Assembly: GCF_004010195.1 (NCBI RefSeq)
Contig: NC_057719.1
Span: forward strand, 82,878,474-82,942,473
Length of the DNA: 64,000 bases
Source of the DNA: Chiloscyllium plagiosum
Lineage: Eukaryota
Direction: 5' to 3'
Of the stretch, positions 1 through 13,100 are shown piece by piece; positions within the stretch are counted from its first letter, which is position 1, and every line of letters begins with the position of its first letter. The notes under the pieces were generated by a model. The model was given only the letters and a program-made list of their open reading frames with translations. It did no database searches and was not told the origin of the DNA. A program made the translations under genes and the position numbers.

Positions 1-447
1 ACACCGCCCCCCTGCCCCCAACCCCGTCCTCCTCTCCGGGGCAGCCAGACTGTACACCAACAACAAGACTGTTGCTGCTGCTGCTGCCTTTGTGGGATAA
101 GTGTCCAAATAGCGCACAGACACAGCCACACACACAACTTTATACTGCAAACTTTTGAGAGGCTCCACCTCTGCCTTGTACAGGACATTGTTGGAGAGAT
201 TATCTGGGGAAGGGGGTTTAGGGTACACCCCTCTGTAGAACTCCAGGTAAAGTGTGGGGAGAGAGAGAGAGAGAGAGGGCGGGAGGTCAGTCATTTGGAG
301 ACAGTGCCTGTTTAATCACTGTAAATGAAAGGCACGATCACTGTTGGAAACACGTCTTTGATGTAATGTTTCTATCAGGACCTCGAGATCTCCTTCAGAT
401 GATCCGATTTTCGGATAATTGGTATTTGGATAATCGAAGTTCCTCTG
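1..447. mobile_element. End of a pogo/Tigger-like DNA transposon inserted at TA
   Basis: Terminus ...cggataattggtatttggataatcgaagttcctctg|TA. Its reverse complement, CAGAGGAACTTCGATTATCC, resembles Tigger TIRs with a repeated GATTATCC motif. L1 coding sequence starts immediately after. The other end is outside the window. Confidence 0.55.
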
Positions 448-3400
448 TATTACCATCTCCGATCACACTCCAGTGTACCTGTTGGTTAAGATTAAGGACA
501 TTACAGTGGGCCCAAGGCACTGGCGAATGGATCCCTTTATCTTTAAGGAGTTTTTGGAGTACTTCTCTAGGGAATTTAGGGCGTTCCTAAACGTGAACTC
601 AGGCTTGGTTCGTAGCCCGTCTGTCCTTTGGGAAACTGCCAAAGCCTATGCCAGGAGTTAGATATGTCCTACTCTGCCAGTAGGAAGTGGAAGAAGGGCA
701 AGCAGCAACATCTTCTCGGAGCACAGTTGAAGGCAGCCGAGAAGGCCTACTTTGACAGGTCCTTGTTGGTCAAGCTACAGAGGATTACGGCGCTGCGGTC
801 TGCATTGAATTCCATGCTCATGCAGACAGCAAAGAAGGAGCTTACTTTCACAAAGGTTATATGAGCATGGTGACAGGCCAGGCAAGAGCCTAGCATATCT
901 CACCAGGAAAAGGAGTGCACCTCAAGCCATTACGTCGATTAGGGAAGGGTCAAGGAACCTAACATGTGATTCTGAAAAGATTAATGTGGCATTCCAGAGA
1001 TTTTACTCGAAGTTATACCAAGCTGAGGGTTGTGAGGAGGGGCAAGCCAAGATGGAGTCCTTTTTCAACGATCTGGTGCTCGTGGGTGTGACCCCCAATC
1101 AAGAGTCTTTTCTCAATGCCCTGTTATCAGAGCAAGAGGTGCAGGAGGCTGTGAAGCAGCTTTAGAGTGGAAAGGCACCCAGTCCTGACGGACTTCCCAG
1201 TGAATTCTATAAGGAATTTATAATATATTGTCAGGCCTGGTACTCAACATGTTCAATAACTCATTCAGTCACGATCATCTCCCGCCATCTCTGAGAGAGG
1301 CCAATATTTTGCTTATTCTTAAAATAGGGAGTACTGTGCATTGTACAGGCTCTTTCGCTCTTAAATGTTGGCTTTAAAATCCTCTCTAAGACTCCTGCGT
1401 TAAGACTGGAGACTGTGTTACATTCTGTTGTTAAAGAGAGCCAGATGGGCTTCATAAAGGGCCGCAGATCCTCCAATAATGTTAGGAGGCTGCACAATGT
1501 AATTCAAGTGTGTGAACAATAGTCAATACAGGGATTAGTGATTTCTCTTCATGCAGAGAAGGCATTTAACTGAGTTGAGTGGCCGTACCTTTTTTATACT
1601 GTGGAACGGTTTGACTTGGGTGAAGCCTTTATAAGATGGGTAAAGGTTCTCCACAGTGACCCTCTCGCTGCAGTCTTCACCAAGCAACTTTAACATTTTT
1701 AGGGGCAGCTGGCAGGGCTGTCCCCTTTCACCATTGCTTTTTACATTGGTGATAGAACCATTGGCGGAGGCCAGTCGTAGGGGTCCCAGTATATCGGCTT
1801 CAGAAGTGGGGTCATAATTAACATAAGATTTCATTGTACGCGGACGAGGTCCTCATTGTTCTGTCAAATCCAGCAGTTTCGATGCCTCGCCTGATACAAT
1901 GCATCAGCTCGTTTGGCATCTTTTCGGGATACAAGATTAATTTTGCAAAATCACAGGCAATGCCTATGGGTGGTGTTACAAAGGTGCTAGGTCTTGAGGG
2001 CGAATCTCGATTCCCATTTAAGTGGTCACAGGGGGGTTGTGTGTATTTGGGCGTATTCATCACTCCACTTCTTGATCAGTTGTTCAAAACTAATTTTGTC
2101 CCAACTATTCGACAAAATCAAACAAGATCTTCAAAGATTGGCGGCTCTTCCAGTCTCATGGTTAGGGGTAGCCAGCAAGGCTTCCCCCTTCTTCCCTGTT
2201 TGTTGTACCCTATGCGGATGCTCTCCTTGATTTTTGATAAGCAAATATTCAGGAGACTGAACGACTGGTTCAGTTCTTTTATTTGGCATTGTAAGCAGCC
2301 CCTTATTAAATTAGCTAAACTGCAATTGCCTCACAGATTGGGGGGAGTGAATCTCCCTGACATTAAAAACTATCAACTAAGCTCACTTTTATCTTACGTG
2401 AGTGATTGGGCTTGTGGGGACCCTCTTTCAATATGGTTAGATATCAAAACCTCTCAGGCAAGGTCCCCCTTACCAGCTAGCTGTCTTTGGACAAAATGAG
2501 GACAGTTAAGGAATATTGCCATAACCCAATAGTTATCAATACTGTTAAAGCATGAAGTGCAATTCGGCAGAGGGAAGGCAATATTAGTAAAACATCTTCT
2601 CTTATGCCTATAGTGGGTAATGCTGGGTTTTCAACTGGGGATGTTGGATTCAAGATTCAAACATTGGGCAGCTAGGGGTGTGTCTTGCGTGGGCCATTTA
2701 TTTGAGGGAGACACAATGATGTCCTTTGATCAGTTAGCATGGAAATACGAACTATCTTACAGGGACCTCTTTTGTTTTTTTTTTCAAGTTAGGGATTTTA
2801 TTCCAAAAAAGACTACACTTTTGACTGATCACTACAAATCCGACATAGAGAGGAGGGTGCTAAGGTCTAAGAATACACTTTCTGTCAGCACTTTATATCA
2901 TCATTTGGAGGGGGAAACGGCCCCTTAGATGAGTTTGATCGACTCTGCAGGGTGTGGGAGAGAGAGCTAGGCGTTGAGGTCTCCTCAGAGGCATGGGAAG
3001 ATATTTGGGAAAACGCAAGAATGATATCAATTTGTAATAGAACCCACCTTTACAGATGAAGATTCTCAACAGACTCCACTTGGGCTTGGATAGTTTTTCA
3101 AAATTTAAATCAGGGGTATCTTCAACATGTCCCAAATGCAAGGTTGGTATGGGCACTCTTACCCATTGTCTCTGGTTCTGTGGCAGGCTTCAAACATACT
3201 AGAGCACAGTGGTGGGTGCAATGGAGGGGATTTTAGGTGTAAGGGTGGAGAAGGAACTGATCTCTTCTTGGCCTGCCCAATGTGTTCCCTGTAGATGCGC
3301 ATAAGAAAACACCTTTCAGCATCCTCACTTTCTGCACAAGATATTATATCTTGTTAGGTTGGGTGTCCGAAAATCCCCCGGGCCTGTCGGGTTGGTGGCA

Positions 3401-3828
3401 CATTGTTATGGAGCATATCCCCTTGGATTTTCTCACAAGTATTGTACACCACTTGACTGAAAATTACTATAAGACATGGTAGCCCTTTTTGGAATACCTG
3501 AACACAGATTTGTCTGCCATACTAATAAGGACTTTGACATAATGATTGTGCTTTATGAGTCCAACATCTAGAGAGGGGGAACTGCGAATATATGACTATG
3601 TGAAAACTAATGCTCTTGATATTCAAGAGTGAGTGTTTTGTTTAGCTGAGCTGAGCTATTTATTAGTTTGTTGTTGGTTATTATTTAAGTAGTTAGTTGG
3701 AGTGTTTTTTATATAAATTTTTCTATACATGGTTATACATTTGCACATGAGGGCGGTTTGGGTTTTTTACATTTTTTGGTGTTCTTGTATTATATTGCAT
3801 TTTTCAATAAAATATATTTTTAAAAAAA
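448..3828 (+). mobile_element. Degraded L1-clade LINE (ORF2 3' two-thirds + 3' UTR)
   Basis: Endonuclease end ITISDHTPV..WRMD, RT remnants (GCPLSPLLF, YADE, SGYKINFAKS), C-terminal CPKC..HC zinc knuckle, T-rich 3' UTR, AATAAA at 3806 and an A-tail. Many stops and frameshifts. Confidence 0.88.
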
Positions 3829-3877
3829 TGTTCAAGTGTGGTGACAAGAACACTCCTTCTGAATTAATATCACGTGG

Positions 3878-4190
3878 GATTAGATTAGATTAGATTACAG
3901 TGTGGGAACAGGCCCTTCGGCCCTACAAGTCCACACCGACCCGCCGAAGCGAAACCCACCCATACCCCTACATTTACCCCTTACCTAACACGACGGGCAA
4001 TTTAGTATGGCCAATTCACCTGACCCTGCACATCTTTGGACTGTGGGAGGAAACCGGAGCACCCGGAGGAAACCCACGCAGACACGGGGAGAACGTGCAA
4101 ACTCCACACAGTCAGTCGCCTGAGGCGGGAATTGAACCCGGGTCTCTGGCGCTGTGAGACAGCAGTGCTAACCACTGTGCCACCGTCTGC
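3878..4190 (-). mobile_element. tRNA-derived V-SINE (HE1-like), full length
   Basis: Reverse strand has A/B boxes (GGCACAGTGG, GGGTTCAATTCC), the V-domain GTGGAGTTTGCACGTTCTCCCCGTGTCTGCG, a CR1-type tail and a (CTAAT)n end. Confidence 0.9.
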
Positions 4191-4599
4191 TGGGTGTGCA
4201 GATAGCACCACTCCACCTACCCCATACCATTATTGTATTGTGGGACCCCATTCAACCCTTCTATTATATAAGACTAGCTGCCAATCTGCCATGGTAGCGA
4301 TGGTTACAGCCATGGAAGAAGCATCTACTTAGTGGCCTGTCAATCATTTAATCAGCCTGCACATTCTTCAGACTTTTCCAGGAGAATAATGCAGAGTAAT
4401 GAAATAAGTATTACTTTGAGACTGAAAGAGGCTATTCAATCCATCAAGTCCATGCTGCACCTCTACGGAGTAATCTGGTTATTGCCCTGCTCCATCTCCA
4501 CATTACTTTGAGTTTATTTTCCTCAAGGGCACATCTAATTTTCTTTTGAAATCACTTACTATCTCCACTTACACTACTCTTACAGACAATGGGTCACTT

Positions 4600-4830
4600 G
4601 AGATTAGATTAGATTCCCTACAGTATGGAAACAGGCCCTTCAGCCCAACAAGCCCATACCGACCCTCCGAAGAGTAATCCACCCAGACCCATTCCCTGTA
4701 TTCACCCCTGCTTATGGGCAATTCAGCATGACCAATGCACCTAACCTGCACATCTTTGGATTGTGAGAGGAAACCGGAGCACCCGGAGGAAACCCACGCA
4801 GACATGGGGAGAATGTACAAACTCCACACT
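4600..4830 (-). mobile_element. HE1-like SINE, 5'-truncated
   Basis: V-domain and tail present; tRNA head missing. Confidence 0.85.
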
Positions 4831-5929
4831 TCTACTTCTCATGGAGAAATGTTCCTCTTTAGTGAATTTGCATGAGCTTTATTGTCATATGACACATTTA
4901 CATCTTTCCTATATGTCTTGCCTGAAGCTTTAAATATGACCTCTTGGCGTTGTATCATCAGCTCACAGGAACAGGTTTTCATTGTCTACTTTGCCCAATC
5001 ATGTCGTAGTGTGTACACTTCTATCTGACCTGTCCTCAATCTCATTTACTCAAAAGCAAACAAGTCCAGCTTCTCCAACCTAGAGAAGATTCTCTTCTGA
5101 AGTAATACAAATGTGTCCCTGCACAGCTGCTGCCAGGTATGGAAAGTTTCTCCCAGTGTTTGTTTCTTCAACCTAACCTTGCAGCTAAAATCCATCATTC
5201 CTGGAGCCTGTATACCCCCTCAATGTCTTTGTAACCCTCGGAGGTGCAGTGACCAAAACAAGATGAATACTCTCAATTGTAGCCTTATCAGAGTTCTTGG
5301 TAATGAAATACCACAACACCCACAACCATCTTTCTTCACAGAACTTCATTTACAAATTTGCAAGCCTTTTCCTACGTAGGCGTTTTGTTTTTGTGTCTGT
5401 ATTCTATTCGTCTCCTTTGTTTGGTTACATTTTAAATACTGTTCACAATTTATTTGAGTTTCAGGACCAGAAATGTTGATTTCCACCTCTCCATGAATGC
5501 TGCATGACCTGCGTTTGTTTTGAGTTGTTTTTATTTTGGTTTCTATGGCTGTGCCTGGCCTTTAAAAGTGTATAATCTATTCAATTCTATACAAAATCTG
5601 CAAGTGAGCTTCGTATTGTGCTGTGATGTCTAGGCATCTAGATGGAGCTAGGGTATCATCCTTAAAGCTAAGGCTGGATGTGATCCATGATTATTTGGGG
5701 CTACAATTAGCTATACTTAGGGATAGGTTACCTTAATTGGAGTCATCATTTAAAAAATTTAGTCAAATGCACAACTTCTTAAGAGCCACAATGCTAGTGA
5801 TGGTATGAGAAATCGGACAGCATTAGCGCTAAAACACAAATATGTCAGTAGGAAGGTTATTAGTGATATAATATGACACCATATTCAGCCACAATGACTT
5901 AGTAGGGATGGAGCTGGGGTCAGTGATTA

Positions 5930-6465
5930 TGGAATCAAAGTGTTGGGAGAGAATCAAGATAATGTCTTTAACCTTCCCAAAATTTAGATGTATGAATTTC
6001 TTGCTCATTCGGTATTGGTAGTTGGTTGAGAGAGAATAGTGGAAGAGTCAATAGAAGTGGTGATGATATAGAACTGGGATTCATCATTATAGCTCTGAGA
6101 ACTGTTGCTGTCTTTTCAGATGATGTTGCCATGGGGCAACATTTTGGTAAGAAATAGGAGACCAAGGATTGATCGTTTTTGGGTGGTGGGGGTTGGGGGG
6201 AACCAGAGGTAGCAGTGCAGTATCAGTAAAAGAAGCCATTGCATGTGGCTCTTTGCTCCAACTGAGTGGATAAGAATGGAACAAGGTGAGTGCAGGTCCC
6301 CTGGCTGAATGACAGTGGCAAGATCTTAGAGGAAGATTGTGTGGTCCTGTGTCAAAGGCTGCAGACTGATTGAGATGGAAAAGAGCTGTGTAGGATGATG
6401 TTTTTGACTTAGACAAGAGAGATTTCAGTACTGTGGCCAGGACAGAAAACCAATTGGAGGGACTG
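5930..6465 (-). mobile_element. Old L2-like LINE RT fragment (continues after LTR to ~7260)
   Basis: Minus-strand remnant ..LNQSAAFDT..GPALTLFHSY resembles the L2 motif LLDLSAAFDTVDH..GTAL.WF.SYL. Confidence 0.6.
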
Positions 6466-7146
6466 TGTTATGGACCTGACCAAATACCCCAAAATATAGT
6501 AAGAAGATAGCCTAGATACTAACTTTTATGTTTATTTAAAGGCACGTGTAAGGTGCTATGTTCCAGATGTAATTTAATTGGTCCACCACTAGGCTTTAAA
6601 CAAGCACACTTTATTCTTATGACACAGTTAAAATACAAAAGAAAGAAGTACTGGTGTAACTTTAACTCTATTGAAATACTTATCAAGATAATGTATGATT
6701 TAACCACTAATCACCAACTGTTCGAATACAGGCAATATCCCATAAACACACCCTTGGCAAGACAACTTAGTAAAACAGTTTTATCCCCATTAATGACGTG
6801 CTGTCTTTTTCCAGTCCAGCTGAAAGAAATACTGAAAAACCCAGGCTGCCGCTTTTAGTTCTAAGAAGAAAACTTTCTGTCTAAGTCTTCACTAACAGCA
6901 GAGAGACAGCTCTGCCTATTAACTCCAGCAGCCAGCCAACTCAAAATCAAACTGAACGCAAAACCTCAAGTCCCTTGGTTCTGTTTGAGTCTGACACCAC
7001 CCACTCATGCTTTTGTCTAATTTTTAAAAAGAACCAAAAGCTCTTTATTCTGTCTGCCTGGAGCAGACACCACAGCACCAGGGTAACAACACCCCTCTGC
7101 GAGAAAAACAGAACAGAATACATCTCAGAGGCACAGTCTCATCACA
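6466..7146 (-). mobile_element. Solo LTR (Gypsy-like)
   Basis: Termini TGTTATG...CATCACA, 4-bp TSD actg/actc, AATAAA on the minus strand near 6610; interrupts the L2 fragment. Confidence 0.7.
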
Positions 7147-8260
7147 ACTCCAACAATCAGTTCCAGGAAAGGTGAGCACAGAGTTGGAGCAGAAACGAGG
7201 TTAGAGGTTTGTCTAACAAGCCTGTGTCCTCGGTGTCCTTCTCTACGTGATGTGACCTGGACAGCACGTATGATATGCCAAAGAAAAGACCGAATAGTTT
7301 CCATATTTATTGTCTCAGACATGCCTTAGCATCTCTTGGCAGGACAGATCACCGACGCAGAGATTCCAAGCAATACTCCCTTGAATTTGTTTTCCTACAG
7401 TCTATGGATCTCCAAGGTCCACATGTGACAGTGACCTCTGAAACTGGGAGTCAATGCATCAGCAATCAGCATAAGAGCAACTACGCAGCTTAGAGGAAAC
7501 GCTGATCTGAAGCATGCTAATTATCCTTATTGGTAAACTAATGGTATCTGTGGTGGTTTTGTCATCAGATAGATGGCTGCCCTAGACCTAAAGATCTTCT
7601 GTATGGCAATGATGAATATTGACATTGAAAACTGGGAGATAGTTGCTTATGGTAATGACCTCCTGGAGGGGCAAAATGGAAAGGCCAGATGGCTGAAAGC
7701 TCAAAGAGATTGTGGTACTAAATGAAGTTATGCAGATAGAGAAATGAAAGGAAGGCAATGAAAAGAACAAAAAAAAAGAGAAATCTAAAAGTAATCCTTA
7801 AATGGGAATGAAGGAAGATCAGAAGGCACAGATGTTATGGGTGAACAGGGATTGGTTAAAAAAAAACAAAAGAAAGGAACTGTGGATGCTGGAAATCTGG
7901 AAACAGAAATTGCTGGAAAATCTCAGCAGGTCTGGCAGCATCAGTGGAAATAAATCATTTAACGTTTTCCAATTCCGGTCAAGAGAAGGAAGCAGCACCC
8001 ATTATGGCATCAATATAGCAGAGAAAGAGTTGTAGGTGGGGGCTGGAGTAAAACTGGATTAGGGATTGGTATAGGTTAGGACACAGGCAGCAGAATTTTG
8101 AATGACCTTAAGTTGAGAGGGTTTACAACAGCTGATACTGTGAAGCCATGAGTAAAGACACTCAAGTAACAGCCATAAGGTAAATGCAATTACATTTGAG
8201 AATTCAAGATGACACTGACAACAGGAAACTCTTTGCGAGCTTCCTACAGCAGATCTTATC

Positions 8261-10134
8261 GGGTTTTGAAAAGATTTGTAGCTCAAGTTGAGGTTCTGGA
8301 TATGAGGTAGCTCACTGAGTTGGAAGGTTCGGTTTCAGATGTTTCATCACCATACTAGGTAACATCATCAGTGAGTCTCCGGTGAAGTGCTGGTGTTATG
8401 TCCTGCTTTTTGGGTGTTTAGGTTTTTTTGGGTTGGTGATGTCATCTCCGGTTCTTTTTCTCTAAAGATGGTAGATGGGGTTCAAATCAACGTGTTTGTT
8501 GATAGAGTTCTGGTTGGAATGCCATGCTTCTCGGAATTCTCATGCATGCCTTTATTTGGCTTGTCCTTGGATGGATGTGTTGTCCCAGTTGAAGTGGTGT
8601 CCTTCCTCATCTGTTTGTAAGGATACTAGTGATAGTGGGACAGGTCATTTTTGTAGGCAAAAGTGAGACTGCAGATGCTGGAAACCAGAGTTTAGATTAG
8701 AGTGGTGCTGGAAAAGCACAGCAGGTCAGGCAGCATCTGAGGAACAGGATCAGGTCTTGAAATCTCAGGTCTTTTTTGTGGCTAGTTGATGTTCATGTGT
8801 CCTGGTGGCTAGTTTTTTGTCTGTATGCCCAATGTAGCGTTTATTACAGTTCTTCCAAGGTATTTTGTAAAAATGATGTTCGTTTTGCTTGTCTGCATAA
8901 GGTCTTTTAAGTTCATTAGCTGCTGCTTAAATGTCTTGGTTGGTTTGTGGGCTGCCATGATGCGAAGAGGTCTGTCATTTCAGAGATGCCTTTGATGTAA
9001 GGGAGAGTGGCTAGGGTTTCTGGGCATGTTTTGTCTGCTTGTTGGGTTTGTTGCTGAGAAATCAGCAGACTCTGTTTATTGGGTATCCGTTCTTCTTGAA
9101 TACACTGCGTTTTCTTCTGCTCTTTATAATTTCTCTGTGCTGCAATGTGCAGTGGCTCATCCTAATGCAGCTTTGTTTGTGGGGGTTGGGATGATTGCTT
9201 CTGGAGTTAAGTATTTGGTCCGTATGTGTTGTTTTCCTGTAGACACTGGTTTGAAGTTCCCCATTGATATTTCACTCTACCGTTATATCTAGGATTAGCA
9301 GTCTGTTGTTGTTTTCCTCATCTTTTGTGAATGTTATACCAGTAATGCTATTATTGATGGTCTTGAAGGTTTCCTCTAATTTGTTTCATTTAATGATAAC
9401 AAAGGTGTCACATCCTGTAGCAGACAAAGTTTGGGCTGGATGATTGGGAGAGCTGTTTGTTGGAGTCTCTGCATTACTGCTTCTGCTAGGAACCCTGATA
9501 CTGGTGATCCCATAGGTGTTCCGTTGATTTGCTTGTTGGTCTTGTTATTGAAAATGAAGTGGGTGGTGAGGCGTAGGTCCACTAGTTTGACAGTGTTGTC
9601 TTTGTTGATGAAGTTGGCGGTGTCTGATGTTTGTGTCTTTGGTTCTTCTAATAGTGTCTCTTTGGCCAGGTTAATGTTGATGGATGTGAACAGAGCTGTT
9701 CCATCAAAGGAAACCATTATTTCATCCTCTTCTATCTTGGTGACTTTGATGGCATTCAGGGATTCTTGGGTGGAGTGAATGGAGTAGTGGGAGTCCTCTA
9801 CCAAGTGTTTTAGCCTTTTGTGTAGTTCCTTGGCTAATCTGTACGTTGTTGTTCCAGGTAGTGAAACTATGGGCCTGAGGAGGGCTCCTGGTTTGTGAAT
9901 TTTGGGTAGTCTGTAGAAATGTGGTGTGTTGGATCTGTCTAGTTTCATTTTTTGGAAATCTGTCTTGTTTAATTCTCCTGATTTCTTAAGTTTTTTGAGT
10001 AAGGCTGTGATTCGGTTCTCTAGTTGTGGGGTTGGGTATGTCGGTATCTATAAGCAGTGCATTCGCTTTCTCATAGTAATCTGTTTTGTTTAAAATGACT
10101 GTCAAGTGTCCTTTGTCTGCAGGTAGGATTACAA
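8261..10134 (-). mobile_element. Penelope-like retroelement (RT + GIY-YIG), left arm of fold-back
   Basis: ORF 9376-9948: FYRLPKIHKPG..RPIVS, MVSFDGTALFTSI, QINGTPMGSPVSGFLAEAVM. GIY-YIG remnants further 3'; 3' terminal region with a CTGATGA..GAAA core. Contains a ~110-bp insertion of another PLE end at ~8659-8768. Confidence 0.9.
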
Positions 10135-10178
10135 CTGAAGACAAAAACACTAACTTCAGAGAAGTGGACAAAAAAGAT

Positions 10179-13100
10179 GAACTTCGGATCATTCAGGAAG
10201 TAAAGGGGGCTATTGAGCAGAGTTACGGGGAGGTAGTCACTCCTCAGGTAAAAGGAGAATGTAGATGGGTTACTGTCAGGGGATGGAAAGGGAACCGGTA
10301 GGCAGAGCAGGGGTCCCCTGTGGCCCTTCTCCTCAACGGCAAATATACTGTTTTGGATACAGTTGAGGGGGACGACTTATCAGGGGTAAGCAATGGGGCA
10401 CAGGTCTCTGGCACAGAGTCTGTCCCTGTTGCTCAGAAGGGAAGGGGGAAGAGGAGCAGAGTGTTGGTGAAACGGTTAAAAATTATGTCCCAATACATGT
10501 GTGAATCTAACCGGAATGGAGGTGTTGCTTAGTCCCGTGTGAATCTTCTTATCTGTATGTAACCAGAATGGAATGTGTTTTTTAGCCTTGCTCTGCTGTT
10601 CACATGAATGTTTATATCTGGAAAAGAGTATATCAGCTGGAAAAGTCTCCAGTTCGGTGAGTCTGCTCTGGGGTTACGTTTAACCGCCGAGCGTGGGTTG
10701 TTGGCAACCGCTCTACGAGAACTGACGGCTCCCAGTTCCGGTAACATGTAGAGTGAGTATAAGCCAGACCCGTTGTATGAGACCTGGTTGTGGCGCGCTG
10801 CGGGGAATAAAATGCCCATATTCTAGCAGACTCGCCTCTTGGTCGTTTGTTCTGTGTCAGACTACTCTCCTACGAACCTGACCTTGAGAATTTTTTAAAA
10901 CAGTGCCGGGGTTCATGATGTCTTTGATCGTGTTTTTGGGATCCTTGAGGTGGAGGGGGAGAAGCCCCAAGTCATGGTCCACAAAGGCACCAATGACATA
11001 GGAAGAGAGATGGAGATTTAAGGCAGAAATTCAGGGAGTGGGGTGGAAGCTTAGAGCTAGAACAAACAGAATTGGTATCTCTGGTTTGTTGCCCGTGCCA
11101 CGTGCTAGCGATGTGAGGAAAAGGGAGAGAGAGGAGTTAAACAAATGGCTACAGGGATGGTGCAGGAGGGAGGGTTTTGGATTCCTGGATAATTGGTTTT
11201 TTTTTGGGGTAGGTGGGGCCTTACAAACAGAATGGTCTTCACCTGAACCAGAGGGGTACCAATATCCCAGGGAAATTTGCTAATGCTCTTCGGGTGGGTT
11301 TAAACTAATGGGAACAGAAATTGTAGTTTGAGTGTATGGGAAGTTGAGAGTAGTGAAGTCAGAACTAAGATTTCAAGATCACAAGAAAGCACCGGCAAGC
11401 AAGAAGTTGGTTTGAAGTGTGTCTACTTCAACGCCAGGAACATCCGGAATAAGGTGGATGAAGTTGCACCATGGGTTGATATCAGGGATTTCGATGTCAT
11501 GGCCATTTCAGAGACATGGGTAGAGCAGAGACAGGAATGGTTATTGCAGGTTCAGGGATTTAGATGTTTCAGTAAGAACAGAGAAAATTATAAAAGAGAG
11601 GGTGGTGTGAGACTTAGTCAAGAACAGCACTATGGTTGCAAAAAGGATGTTTGAGGACTCGTCTACTGAAGTAATATGAGCTGAGATTAGAAACAGGGAA
11701 GGAGAGGCTACCCTGTTGAGAGTTTTCTATAGGCCTCCAAATAGTTCCAGAGATGTAGAGGATAGGATAGAAAAGATGATCTTCGATAGGAGCGAGAGTA
11801 ACAGGGCAGTTGTTATGGAGGCCTTTAACTTTCCAAACACTGACTGGGAATACCATAGTTCAAGTACTTTAGATGGATCAGTTTTTGCCCAATGTGTGTA
11901 GTAGGGTTTCTTAACACAGTGTGTAGACAGGCCAACAAGAAGCGAGGCCACATTAGATTTGGTACTGGGTAATGAACCTGGCCAGGTGTTAGATTTGGAG
12001 GCAGGTGAGCACTTTGGTGATAGTGACCACAATTCTGTTATGTTAACTTTCATGATGGAAAGGGATAGGTATATACCGCAGGCAATTACAGTGCGATTAG
12101 GCAAGATTTAGGATGCATAGGATGGGAAAGGAAACTGCAGGAGATGGGCACAGTTGAAATGTGGAGCTTATTCAAGGACTAGCTACTGCGGGTCCTTGAT
12201 AACTACTTAGCGGTCAGGCAGGGAGGAAGTTGTCAGGCATGGGAGCAGTGGTTAACTAAGGAAGTTGAATCTCTTGTCAAGAGAAGAAGACGGCTTATGT
12301 TAGGATGAGATGTGATGGCTCAATTAAGGCGCGTGAGAGTTACACATTAGTCAGGAAAGACCTAAAGAGAGAGCAAAGAAGAGCCAGGACGGGACATGAG
12401 AAGTCATTGGTGGATAGGATCAAGGAAAACCCTAAGGCTTTCTATAGATATTTTAGCAATAAAAGAATGACTAGAGTAAGATTAGGGCCAATCAAGCATA
12501 GTAGTGGGAAGTTGTGCATGGAGTCAGAGGAGATTGGGGAAGTGCTAAATGAATACTTTTCGTCAGTATTCACACTAAAAAAAGACAACACGTCGAAAAG
12601 AATACTAAGATACAGGCTACTGGACTAGATGGGATTGAAGTGCATAAGGAGGAGGTGTTAGCAATTCTGGAAAGTGTAAAAATAGATATGTCCTCTGGGC
12701 CAGATGGGATTTATCCTAGGATTTTCTGGGAAGCCGGGGAGGAGATTGCCAAGCCCTATGTCATCATTACCTACACGAATAGTACCAGAAGACTGGAGGA
12801 TAGCACATGTTCCCTTGTCCAAGAAGGGGAGTAGAGACAACACTCGAAATTATAGATCAGTGAGCCTTACTTTGGTTGTGAGTAAAGTGTTGAAAAGGGT
12901 TATAACAGATAGGATTTATAATAATCTAAAAAAGAATAAGTTGATTAGGGATAGTCAACACGGTTTTGTGAAGGGTAGGTCATGCCTCACAAACCTTACT
13001 GAGTTCTTTGAGAAGGTGACCAAATAGGTGGATGAGGGTAAAGCAGTTGATGTGGTGTGTATGGATATCAGTAATTCATTTGGTAAGGTTCCCCACAGTA

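Noticed and set aside
150..252. Possible exon ending ctccag|gtaaag of an upstream gene
   Set aside because: No recognisable protein or acceptor was found, and the segment appears to lie inside the DNA-transposon fragment.
3900..4332. Recurring short ORFs such as VWSLHVLPVSAWVSSGCSGFLPQSKDVQ
   Set aside because: They are translations of the non-coding SINE V-domain, repeated at each copy.
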